64,000 nucleotides of DNA from a plasmid. A program made the translations under genes and the position numbers. The notes beneath the pieces are model-generated. The model searched no databases. It was given only the letters and a program-made list of their open reading frames with translations, and had not been told where the DNA came from. Below, piece by piece: positions 22,958 through 31,771 of the stretch (positions within the stretch are counted from its first letter, which is position 1; every line of letters begins with the position of its first letter). Where the stretch lies: the sequence record NZ_CP019209.1. One strand, 5' to 3'.

Positions 22958-23278
22958 GAAAAAAGAAATTTGGCTCGTTACTTTTGGTTTTCAGTTGAAT
23001 AACAGATAAAAAATTTTCTGGAAAAAGTCATCCTCTGCGTCAGCACAGTTTTTTTTGACTTATTTTCAGAGGAAATAGTTTTCAGAATATTCTAAAATGT
23101 TTTATGCAACACTAGTGATATTTTTTAGAATTAGATTTCTAATGTGCATTTTTTGAGTATTAAGGAGCAAGTATACAAAGATTTATAAAGCTGATTAAAT
23201 TTGAATAAAAATATGCAGGAACGCTACTATTTTTAGTAGTGTTCTTTTTTATATTTGAATAAAAAATGTGGTGGTTAA

Positions 23279-23488
23279 ATGGTGGTTATAACAAAAAATG
23301 AATTAATGAAATTAGGTTATGGGAAGTATCAGTCTGAGAGAATCATACGACAGGCAAAAGCAATTATGGTTTCAAAAAGCTATACCTATTACGAAAATAG
23401 AAGATTAGGACTAGTACCTGTTGAATCTGTAGAAGAAGTTTTAGGTATGAAGATAGAGGTAGAGGAGGATTTTCAGAATCATGGTTAA
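23279..23488 (+). CDS. DUF3173-family small protein (integrase-associated)
   Basis: 69 aa. Family typically precedes tyrosine integrases of streptococcal/enterococcal integrative elements. Confidence 0.5.
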   Translation: MVVITKNELMKLGYGKYQSERIIRQAKAIMVSKSYTYYENRRLGLVPVESVEEVLGMKIEVEEDFQNHG

Positions 23489-24626
23489 TTTTAAAAAAGA
23501 TAAAAATGGGAAATATCATTTTACTGCTAGTTTGGGATTCGACAAACGAACAGGGAAAAGAGTACAAAAAAACGTAGAGGGGTTAAAACAGTTAAAGAAG
23601 AAAAAAAGCGTATACCGAACTTGTTTCTAATTATGGAAAAGAAGCAGAAACTTCTCAAAGTACTATGTTGTTTGAGGAGTTTTTTTATAAATTATTCCTA
23701 CCTTATTATCAAGGGAAAGTAGAAGAAAGAACATATAAAAATCGGTTATCTACAATCAAAAAAACTTTTCTTATTTCTTTAAAATGGAGTTAAGAGAAAT
23801 ACGTCCAATTGACATTCAAAAGTGGCAAAATAATTTATTGAGCAAATATAAAAATTCTTATGTAAGAAACATGTATGGGATTTTTCAGATGTCATTAGAT
23901 CGAGCAGTTGTTTTGGGACTACTTGAAAAAAATCCTGCAAAAGTTATTGGAAATGTGAAGAAAAGGAAAACTACAGTTGATTTTTGGACAAAAGAAGAAT
24001 TTACAAAAGTTATTTCAACTTTTTATATTGATGATTTGTACCAACATTTTGGTTTTATTTGTATGTGGTTACTTTTTATGACCGTTATGCGTTTGGGAGA
24101 AGCCACTGCATTAACTTGGAAAGATATTGATTTTGAAAATAAAAACTTGCGTGTGAATAAAACACTCTATTATAAGAGAGCCAAAACCTATGAGTTTGTA
24201 GAACCCGAAACGGCTTCTAGTATTCGTACAATCGAACTAGACGACAATACAATTACCTTTTTAAAAGCTTGGAAGGAGCGTCAAGTTTCAATAGGAGGCA
24301 TGTCGTTTGTACTTTCTTATAATGGAACACCTACTCAGAAATATACAATCCGTCATATTATGAGAAGACATGCAACGATCGTTGGTGTTCATATAATCCG
24401 CATACACGGATTAAGGCATAGTCATGCTTCTTTGCTTATATCACAATAAAAAGATGCACTTCGAATTAAAGAAAGGTTAAAACATGCTGATGTACAAACG
24501 ACTTTAGGAACTTATGGTCATTTGTATCTAAATTCATTGAGAGAGATAACAAATGATCCCACAGATTATATCCAAACTAATTTTTCTAAAATCAAACCGA
24601 CACCTATTTACGATAATAAAAAATAA
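23488..24626 (+). pseudogene. tyrosine integrase, degraded (frameshifts plus in-frame TAA at 24447-24449)
   Basis: N-terminus MVNFKKDKNGKYHFTASLGFDKRTGKRVQ, frameshift near 23590, catalytic core in ORF 23784..24449 (HGLRHSHASLLISQ). After the TAA the C-terminal LGTYGHLY tyrosine region continues. Confidence 0.7.
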
Positions 24627-24732
24627 ATGATAAACAAAAGTAGGATCACACCAAAAGAAACACACTAGAAAAACTATAATACAGGCTTTTCTAGCGTGTT
24701 GTTTCTTATTTCCGCCTATTTATACATTATAC

Positions 24733-25827
24733 TCATAAAGCATTTAATGCATCGATCGTAGCCGCATTGTCTATATGGGTATATAAAGTTGTTGTATTGG
24801 TACTTGAATGTCCCAATTGTTGGGCAGTTAATACCAATGAATTTGTCTGTTGGTAGAGTCTAGTAGCTAATGTATGACGCAGTTTGTGAGGGCTGACTTG
24901 AATTCTAAAGCCTTTTGAATATTTTGCTACCATCCGTTCGATTGCAATACCGGATATACGCTTGGCTTCTCCTTGGTAAATTGCTAGAAATAAAGCTTTT
25001 TCGTTTTCTGTTACTTTATATCGTTCTTTCCGAATAGCTAGATAATTAGCTAAATATTCCATTGCGAATGCTGCTATATTGACAGCATCTCTTTTATTTC
25101 CTTTTCTAGTTACTACCACATTATTCTTATCTAAAGATAGGTCATCTAAATTAATATTTATAACCTCGGAGAGTCTCAATCCAGATCCTAAAATCAGTGC
25201 ATTGATCGCCAGGTCTCTTTCTACATCTCGTTGATAATAGATCAAAGCTCGTTTACTCAAAGTATTTTTATATTCATTGGCAATATAATCTAGATAATTT
25301 TGTGTATCCTTATCTAGAAATAATTTTTTCTCAATGGCATTGGCACGTGCAGCTAACGTAGTTTTATCTGTGATGGTTGCTACTTGATCCATAGGATTAT
25401 TGTCTAAGTATGGTTTTCCTAGAGGATTATTGGAACTTTTCGAAAGATATTTAAATAGAACCTTTAATGCCGTGATATTTCTATTGATAGTAGAAGTAGA
25501 TAGACCTAAGTTATTATTATCTTTGAGCTTAGTTTTTGTTGTCTCTTTTTTTACATTTTCTTTTGTGCGACGTTTCAAATGAGATTTGTACAAGTTTAGG
25601 TCATAGGCAGTTAACTGTCTTATCGAGGTGATAGAAGTATCAGGAACGATAGACTCACTCAGAAGCCATTCATAAAAGAGCTTATAATTTTTTAGATATT
25701 CTAAAGTGGTTCGAGGTGATTGATCTTTATCCTCACGATCTTGAACAAAATCTTTTATATAATCGGGCATATGAAGTATGATTGTATCTATTTTTTGATA
25801 TATTTCTGTATTTTTCATGTCATTCAT
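24733..25827 (-). CDS. XerS-like single tyrosine recombinase (intact)
   Basis: 364 aa. C-terminal HKLRHTLATRLY...LGHSSTNTTTLYTH and central TLAARANAIEKKLFLD / DAVNIAAFAMEYLANYLAIRKERYK blocks closely match streptococcal/lactococcal XerS as recalled. Confidence 0.65.
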   Translation of the reverse strand: MNDMKNTEIYQKIDTIILHMPDYIKDFVQDREDKDQSPRTTLEYLKNYKLFYEWLLSESIVPDTSITSIRQLTAYDLNLYKSHLKRRTKENVKKETTKTKLKDNNNLGLSTSTINRNITALKVLFKYLSKSSNNPLGKPYLDNNPMDQVATITDKTTLAARANAIEKKLFLDKDTQNYLDYIANEYKNTLSKRALIYYQRDVERDLAINALILGSGLRLSEVININLDDLSLDKNNVVVTRKGNKRDAVNIAAFAMEYLANYLAIRKERYKVTENEKALFLAIYQGEAKRISGIAIERMVAKYSKGFRIQVSPHKLRHTLATRLYQQTNSLVLTAQQLGHSSTNTTTLYTHIDNAATIDALNAL

Positions 25828-25857
25828 CCTTTCAATAAGTAGGGGAGAAGAGTATCT

Positions 25858-25885
25858 CTATAATTGGACTATACCAATTATAGAA
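25858..25885. promoter_or_regulatory. candidate recombination core site: 11-bp inverted arms TCTATAATTGG / CCAATTATAGA with 6-bp spacer ACTATA
   Basis: Perfect palindrome 30 bp upstream of the XerS-like gene. Extra CAATTGG half-site at 25893-25899. Confidence 0.45.
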
Positions 25886-26151
25886 TGTTTTGTCAATTGG
25901 TATGCTCTAAAATTTATTAATTTGTTTCAAAAAAAGCATATAAACAGGTATACGTTTAATAATTTAAAATAAATGGTATACATAAATAGGGAAGGAAATA
26001 GAAGGGAGCAATCTAAATTTTTTGAATTTTCTTAATTAATTATATAGAAAGAACAATCTTTCTATAGAGTTAGACATGAGAGGGACTATGCTTGATTTAA
26101 AATCAACAAGCGTATATACTGTATATACAAAGAAAAAGGAGGGAGAAGACT

Positions 26152-26385
26152 ATGGCAATTAAAGAAAGAAAATTTAGGGAAGTGGGGAACTCAGTAGTAT
26201 TAACTATTTCAAAGGAGTTTCTTAAAGAAAATGGGTTAAATCCCGGAGATACGGTTTTTTTAGATGAAGAAAAACTTCGAGCGGCAATTACAAAAAAACA
26301 AGCCTTATCTGATGAAATTGATTTAGCAATATCTCAAGCATTAACTGAATATGATACTACTTTTAGAGAGCTTGTCGATAAATGA
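26152..26385 (+). CDS. type II antitoxin, AbrB/MazE (SpoVT-AbrB) fold
   Basis: 77 aa; VGNSVVLTISKEFLKENGLNPGDTV motif. 4-bp ATGA overlap with the downstream toxin. Confidence 0.7.
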   Translation: MAIKERKFREVGNSVVLTISKEFLKENGLNPGDTVFLDEEKLRAAITKKQALSDEIDLAISQALTEYDTTFRELVDK

Positions 26386-26789
26386 GTATTCATTACCTAG
26401 AAGCCAAAGATATTATAAAAATGAATGTAATCCAAATAAAAAAATACTCTCCTAATGAACCCCTTGGTGTAAAGGATGCGAATGCTTTAGAAATGTGTGT
26501 AGGGCAACTTCGAGCCTCAGCTTTTGGTGAAGAGGTTTATCCTTCGATTTATGAAAAAGCAGCTATCCTACTTATACAATTGATAAAGAAACATCCTTTT
26601 CACAATGCAAATAAACGTACTGCTTTCTTAGCTACTTTTGTCTTTTTGAAAATCAATGGACAGCTTTTAGCTATTGATCAAAAAGATGCTGTAAATTTAG
26701 CGGTATATATTGCTACGTATGATAAGGATTTCGATCAACTAAAATATGAAGTGATCAACACTATAAAGACACATACGCAGCCCATTTAA
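26382..26789 (+). CDS. Doc (death-on-curing) / Fic-family toxin
   Basis: 135 aa with HPFHNANKR (HxFx[DN][AG]NKR Doc motif). Confidence 0.8.
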   Translation: MSIHYLEAKDIIKMNVIQIKKYSPNEPLGVKDANALEMCVGQLRASAFGEEVYPSIYEKAAILLIQLIKKHPFHNANKRTAFLATFVFLKINGQLLAIDQKDAVNLAVYIATYDKDFDQLKYEVINTIKTHTQPI

Positions 26790-27299
26790 GGAGTTACTGT
26801 ATGTGTCTTTATAGTGTTATTAGCTGCTATAGCGAAATAATTGAAGTAAATTACAAATAGCTATAATTCAAATCCAAGTATATAGAAAACGTAAATTTTC
26901 TATATAGTTGGATTAAGATAACGACTATTTATTTTATCATATTTTTACTGTACCCTATACTTTTACTTGGTATATTTATGAATAATCGCAAATTTACCCC
27001 TATACTACTAGTTTGTAAGTTAGATTAATAAAAATACTAAAGTTATTTGTTCTTTTATTAAATACACCTACAACTTATAAATTGATGGTATTTAGATAAC
27101 GCGAAAGAATAAAAATAACAGCTGATAGTAAAGTTTGTTGACGATTGCTACTCAATCGAAAGTGAGTTAGTGCGTATGAACTTGCTTCTGAAAACTTATG
27201 AAATGAAAGACCTTTTACATCTTGCAGAAATCGTTACTGGGATTAAACTAAGCAATAAAAACTAATGTTCCCCTCATTCTTTGAACTTCTACTATTTGA

Positions 27300-27646
27300 T
27301 TTATTTATTCTGATAAATGACGATTTCACCTTCAGGATCTTCAAATCCCGTATAGAATTTATTTAAGATCTCTTCAGTATCAGTAATAGGATAGGCGATA
27401 GGCCACATACCCTTTGATGGTTAGAATAAACTGCTCAAAATCTGTATCGTATGTTGGCTTTAGCATATTAACAAAGGCTATCTCCAAATTATAAACCATA
27501 AGCGTTGAATCGTTCTTAACAATTTCAATTCTTCCTAACCCAAAGTCAGAAGATATAATTACCGGACTTGCCTTACCCTTCATGTGGGTTGTTGAGATTC
27601 CATATTTAAAGGGAATTGTCGGTACTATCGGCGGTCTGAAAAACAT
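27300..27646 (-). pseudogene. hypothetical protein, apparently frameshifted near 27405-27415
   Basis: ORF 27646..27383 (MFFRPPIVPTIPFKYG...) continues in another frame as MWPIAYPITDTEEILNKFYTGFEDPEGEIVIYQNK. No family recognised. Confidence 0.3.
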
Positions 27647-27925
27647 CCCAAAAATAAAAAAATCTTTCCCCTGCTAGTCTCCTAAGTCCCTTTGCAGCGG
27701 ATATGGCACCATAATCTCATTTTATCGAAGTGAGTCATGGTTTATCTGTTGGCCAACCAAAATTGATACAATCTAACGATGCACCCTCTACGGCATTCTA
27801 GGGGAGTGCACTTGCATTCACCCAATAAAAACCGGCAGTTAGCAAAGAACTTATGTAGTCGTATGTTCTTACTGTTAACATACAAGAGGTCTCCTTTCCA
27901 CAATTGCTTAGCAGTAAACGGGAAT

Positions 27926-28444
27926 TTACAAAGCTAATCTCTTCCATTTTCTTATCTTTGTTCTAAAAGTCCCAAATGGAGCAACTGTATTTACATGAAT
28001 AAATTTATATACTTCCCATACAGCCGTTTTGGTTGCCTCGTCTGCCCATTTTCTTTTGTGTGCAGTGAATAGATCTTCATCACTCATTGAATCAATCATC
28101 ATGTTAATATCATCAATATTACGATTGAGAATTTCCTCTAATTCTTTCAATGGTAGATGTGCATAGGTATTTGTAAACCACTTATATAACTCTCCTAACT
28201 GATTCCATTTAAATTGATCAGAAGGCGTTTTAACAGATAATCCATTTCTTTCATCATTTTCCCATTTTAGAATTAAATTCGTCCAACCAACTTGATATGC
28301 TAAATTTTCAGCAGGTGTTCTATCCACTTCCTCAACTCTTTTATCCTTCAATTCTTCAGGAATAGTTTCAAATTCTAAAATATATTTAGTATAAGTCCTA
28401 TTTATTTCTTTTTTTAATTCTTCTTTATTTTTATATGTTCTCAT
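27926..28444 (-). CDS. ClbS/DfsB-family (DUF1706) four-helix-bundle protein
   Basis: 172 aa. Blocks KEELKKEIN..., QVGWTNLILKW, FKWNQLGELYKWF align with E. coli ClbS (SKEELIKAIN, LIGWGELVLHW, FKWNELGRLAQKFY) as recalled. Confidence 0.7.
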   Translation of the reverse strand: MRTYKNKEELKKEINRTYTKYILEFETIPEELKDKRVEEVDRTPAENLAYQVGWTNLILKWENDERNGLSVKTPSDQFKWNQLGELYKWFTNTYAHLPLKELEEILNRNIDDINMMIDSMSDEDLFTAHKRKWADEATKTAVWEVYKFIHVNTVAPFGTFRTKIRKWKRLAL

Positions 28445-28523
28445 TATATTACCTCCATAAATTCCTAATTGTCTCCTTTAATTCATCTATAATTTCATCC
28501 ACGATATTTTAATCCGTTCTACA

Positions 28524-28542
28524 ATGCATATCTGATATGCAT
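28524..28542. promoter_or_regulatory. perfect palindrome ATGCATATC-T-GATATGCAT in promoter region of the ClbS-like gene
   Basis: 9-bp inverted arms ~80 bp upstream of the minus-strand start at 28444. Confidence 0.4.
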
Positions 28543-28792
28543 TGACTGTCTAACTCATATGTGAATGATTTATAAAATATCCCAACGTCTCATCTAAAGA
28601 AATGTTGATCGTCAGCAAGGAGCTAAAAAATACGAATATATTTCTTTTGTAGTAAAATCGGACTGGTTTGCATATCATTTTCTTCGTAAATATCAAAATC
28701 ATGTTAACTACTATCAATTACTAATAAAAACTACCACTTTAAGCGTTAAGAACTGTTAAGTTTAGTTAAGTGAGGATAGTTCACAAAATCCA

Positions 28793-29059
28793 TTGTTAAA
28801 CTTCACGAAAGTGGTAAAACTCAAAATGCTTTATATAGGATTACAGCATCGCTCTTTCTTCGATTGCGCGTTGGGTAAAAAATATTATGAAGTAAAAATT
28901 GACGATGACACGTTCCTTACGGCTCATCAGATGAAACAGCTACAAAAACGAAATGATCAACTCGAAGAAAATTTAATTCTAAAAAAGCGATTGCCATATT
29001 CACGCCTCGCTCGACGAACTATTAAAGGTCAAGATTTACCTGAAGATCATCCTTTTTAG
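28793..29059 (+). CDS. hypothetical small protein (possible IS orfA-like leucine-zipper remnant)
   Basis: 88 aa. C-terminal QMKQLQKRNDQLEENLILKKRL resembles IS3 orfA coiled-coil tails. Confidence 0.25.
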   Translation: MLNFTKVVKLKMLYIGLQHRSFFDCALGKKYYEVKIDDDTFLTAHQMKQLQKRNDQLEENLILKKRLPYSRLARRTIKGQDLPEDHPF

Positions 29060-29462
29060 GAAATTGAAGCTTTTTATGTTGCACAATGCATTTATAATAC
29101 TACAATGATGTTTTCACCAGATATTCTTCTAGGGTGCGGTGTAATGAAACAGATACACTTGCAAAAGAAAATTCACCGCGAATTTACTAAAATTATGAAT
29201 AATTATGTTAATCTTCCGAAATTTTTTTCCAAAATTAAGGGATCAAGCTGGTGTTATAGATTGTTTAAGGTTGGCAAAAAAATAACTTCTTTTTAAACAA
29301 TTATAGAAAACCGATACTCTGTTAAGTTGGTTGACACGGTATCGATTTTTATGACTTTCTTATTCTGAAACTTCACTAACGGACAGTACCTAAAAAGTCT
29401 ATAGTATGGACGTTTACGAGTACTATTTTATCAAAAATGCTGCTCATTTCAACTTATATGTT

Positions 29463-29555
29463 TTAGTGAACTACCCCCACTTAGCTAAACCTGACGGTTC
29501 TTAACGCTTGAAGTGGGAGCTTCTTGGGAACAGAGCGTACTTGATAGTGGATAGG
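29463..29555 (+). repeat. ~90-bp conserved noncoding element, copy 1 (second copy at 34958..35035)
   Basis: ~85% identity to 34958-35035. Both copies end at TACTTGATAG; this copy ends exactly at the IS3 left end. Confidence 0.6.
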
Positions 29556-29622
29556 CTACAATTAACTAGACAGAAAAATTAAGGTGTGTAGACTAGAAGA
29601 AAACATACCAGGAGGAATTTTT

Positions 29623-29913
29623 ATGTCTAAGAGAACACGAAGAACTTTTTCACAAGAATTCAAGCAACAAATCGTCAATCTTTACTTAGCTGGAAAGCCA
29701 CGTGTAGAAATCATTCGAGAATATGAACTAACGGCTTCAGCATTTGACAAATGGGTAAAGCAATTTAAAACGAGTGGTTCATTCAAAGAAAAAGATAATC
29801 TTACGCCTGAACAAAAAGAATTGTTAGAACTACGTAAAAGAAACCAGCAATTAGAAATGGAAAATGATATTTTAAAGCAAGCAGCGCTGATATTCGGACG
29901 AAGAGACAAGTAA
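29623..29913 (+). CDS. IS3-family transposase OrfA (HTH)
   Basis: MSKRTRRTFSQEFKQQIVNLYLAGKPR...; AGGAGGA RBS. Confidence 0.85.
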   Translation: MSKRTRRTFSQEFKQQIVNLYLAGKPRVEIIREYELTASAFDKWVKQFKTSGSFKEKDNLTPEQKELLELRKRNQQLEMENDILKQAALIFGRRDK

Positions 29914-29948
29914 TCGATGCGAATAAGCATCTTTACCCTATATCAGCG

Positions 29949-30785
29949 ATGTGCAGAATATTAGGTCTATCACGTCAGTCCTATTATTATCAATCAAAAC
30001 CAAAGAAAGACGAATCAGAACTTGAAGAAGTAGTCGCTGAAGAATTTATCCGCAGCCGAAAGGCCTACGGCTCAAGAAAAATAAAAAAAGCCTTATCAAA
30101 ACGAGGCATTCAGATCAGCCGACGAAAAATTAGTAGAATCATGAAAAATAGAGGATTAAAATCGAGCTATACTGTTGCTTATTTTAAAGTACATCATTCT
30201 ACTTGCAATGAAGCCAAAACGACAAACGTATTGAATCGTAAATTCTTAAGAGACAACCCATTAGAAGCGATCGTAACAGACTTGACTTATGTACGAGTCG
30301 GGAAAAAATGGAATTATGTCTGTTTCATTTTGGATCTGTTCAATCGAGAAATTCTCGGCTATTCTTGTGGAGAACATAAAGATGCCGTTCTAGTAAAAAA
30401 AGCATTTAGCCGTATCAAACAACCTCTGACAGAGGTTGAGATTTTTCATACTGATCGTGGAAAAGAGTTTGATAACCAAGCTATTGATGAATTATTAACA
30501 ACTTTTGACATCAATCGCTCATTGAGTCATAAAGGCTGTCCTTTTGATAATGCCGTAGCTGAATCAACTTATAAGTCGTTGAAAGTAGAATTTGTCTATC
30601 AATACACATTTGAAACCTTACAACAATTGGATTTGGAGTTATTTGACTATGTCAATTGGTGGAACCACCTTCGGTTGCACGGTACACTTGGCTACGAGAC
30701 ACCGGTTGGTTACCGTAACCAGAGATTGGCGCAGCGAATCCTTGATAATGAGCTCGGATGTGCTAACGCTAGCGAGGCAGTCTAA
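29949..30785 (+). CDS. IS3-family transposase OrfB (DDE integrase core)
   Basis: 278 aa, rve-type DDE domain (FHTDRGKEF). Probably expressed as an OrfAB fusion by -1 frameshift. Confidence 0.85.
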   Translation: MCRILGLSRQSYYYQSKPKKDESELEEVVAEEFIRSRKAYGSRKIKKALSKRGIQISRRKISRIMKNRGLKSSYTVAYFKVHHSTCNEAKTTNVLNRKFLRDNPLEAIVTDLTYVRVGKKWNYVCFILDLFNREILGYSCGEHKDAVLVKKAFSRIKQPLTEVEIFHTDRGKEFDNQAIDELLTTFDINRSLSHKGCPFDNAVAESTYKSLKVEFVYQYTFETLQQLDLELFDYVNWWNHLRLHGTLGYETPVGYRNQRLAQRILDNELGCANASEAV

Positions 30786-31182
30786 CTTTAACTGTTAGCT
30801 CCTGCCGAAGATCGTCACATCCGAGGAGGCTCATTGTCAAGGACAATCGGAATAGCATACGGAAAGAAGTTCTGCACCTTATAAAATTTGTCAAAAAAAC
30901 TGTTGCCATTCCATACATCTTTCAGCATTTTACTATATTTGGTATATAGTGCTAAGGTTCATATTCGATTGACAAGAGAATATAAATTGATCTATTTCTA
31001 TTTCCTAAGTTGAGTAAACATAACTTTGCCCTTTATAAATATCTTCCCTCTCTCTCTTCTCTCTATATTTTATATTTGAATAATCATATCAAGGTATTCC
31101 AACGAAATGCCAATGGATTTCGAAGCTTTTATAACTTTAAATTACGGATCATGATTTGGCATGGGGAATCATTACTAATAAA

Positions 31183-31226
31183 ATAAAAAAATGAACAGAA
31201 AGAAAACAGTTCTTTCTGTTCACCAA
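31183..31226 (-). terminator. rho-independent terminator downstream of crr-like gene
   Basis: GAACAGAAAGAA-AAC-AGTTCTTTCTGTTC hairpin with a T-run on the minus strand. Confidence 0.65.
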
Positions 31227-31282
31227 CTTCATTTGACAAATATCCTATTTAGCTTATTTTATAGCTTTTTATATACACTTTT

Positions 31283-31759
31283 TTAAAAAGTGATTTTTCC
31301 ACATGAATTCCCATGAGCAATTCGACCATTATCTATTATTAAATCATTGAACTGATTTTTCTCCGGAAAAACAACTATAACAGAAGTATCTTTACCATAT
31401 TTTATTATTTTGTCAAAATCCACATCAACCAACGAGGTTTCAGGAGTAACCTCATCATTTTCTTGAACACAAATCGAAAAAGGCTCTCCTTGTAATTCAA
31501 CTGTATCAATTCCAATATGAATCAAATAATCAATGCCTGAGTTGCTTTTTATATTAATAGCATGTTTAGTAGGAAATATATTTGTTACTCGACCAGCCAA
31601 TGGAGCATAAATTTTTGAACCATCAGGTATGACGGCAAAACCATCACCTAGTAATTTTTGTGAAAAGACAGGATCATTTACTTCTGTGATGGAAATGATT
31701 TTTCCGGAACAAGGTGCATAAAAAGTTTCTTGTTTTTTCTTTTTGAAAATTTCAAACAT
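31283..31759 (-). CDS. PTS EIIA-Glc (Crr-like)
   Basis: 158 aa; EIIA-Glc fold residues (GDGFAV, HIGIDTV). Confidence 0.8.
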   Translation of the reverse strand: MFEIFKKKKQETFYAPCSGKIISITEVNDPVFSQKLLGDGFAVIPDGSKIYAPLAGRVTNIFPTKHAINIKSNSGIDYLIHIGIDTVELQGEPFSICVQENDEVTPETSLVDVDFDKIIKYGKDTSVIVVFPEKNQFNDLIIDNGRIAHGNSCGKITF

Positions 31760-31771
31760 ATTAAAAACCTC

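Larger units (their letters stand above)
29556..30918 (+). mobile_element. IS3-family IS, copy A (TG...CA termini)
   Basis: Ends TGGATAGGCTACAATTAACTAGACAG ... CTGTTGCCATTCCA. Identical to the inverted copy at 44906..46268. Confidence 0.85.

Noticed and set aside
27820-27870. Hairpin CGTATGTT-CTTACTGTT-AACATACAAG that superficially resembles group II intron domain V
   Set aside because: Only a 7-bp stem with a 9-nt loop. It lacks the AGC triad, the bulge, the upper stem and the GNRA loop, and no intron-like ORF or GUGYG 5' end is nearby
29584-30785. Treating IS3 orfA and orfB as a frameshift pseudogene
   Set aside because: Overlapping orfA/orfB in the -1 frame is the normal IS3-family arrangement, expressed by programmed ribosomal frameshifting. 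Both copies are identical, so they were annotated as intact
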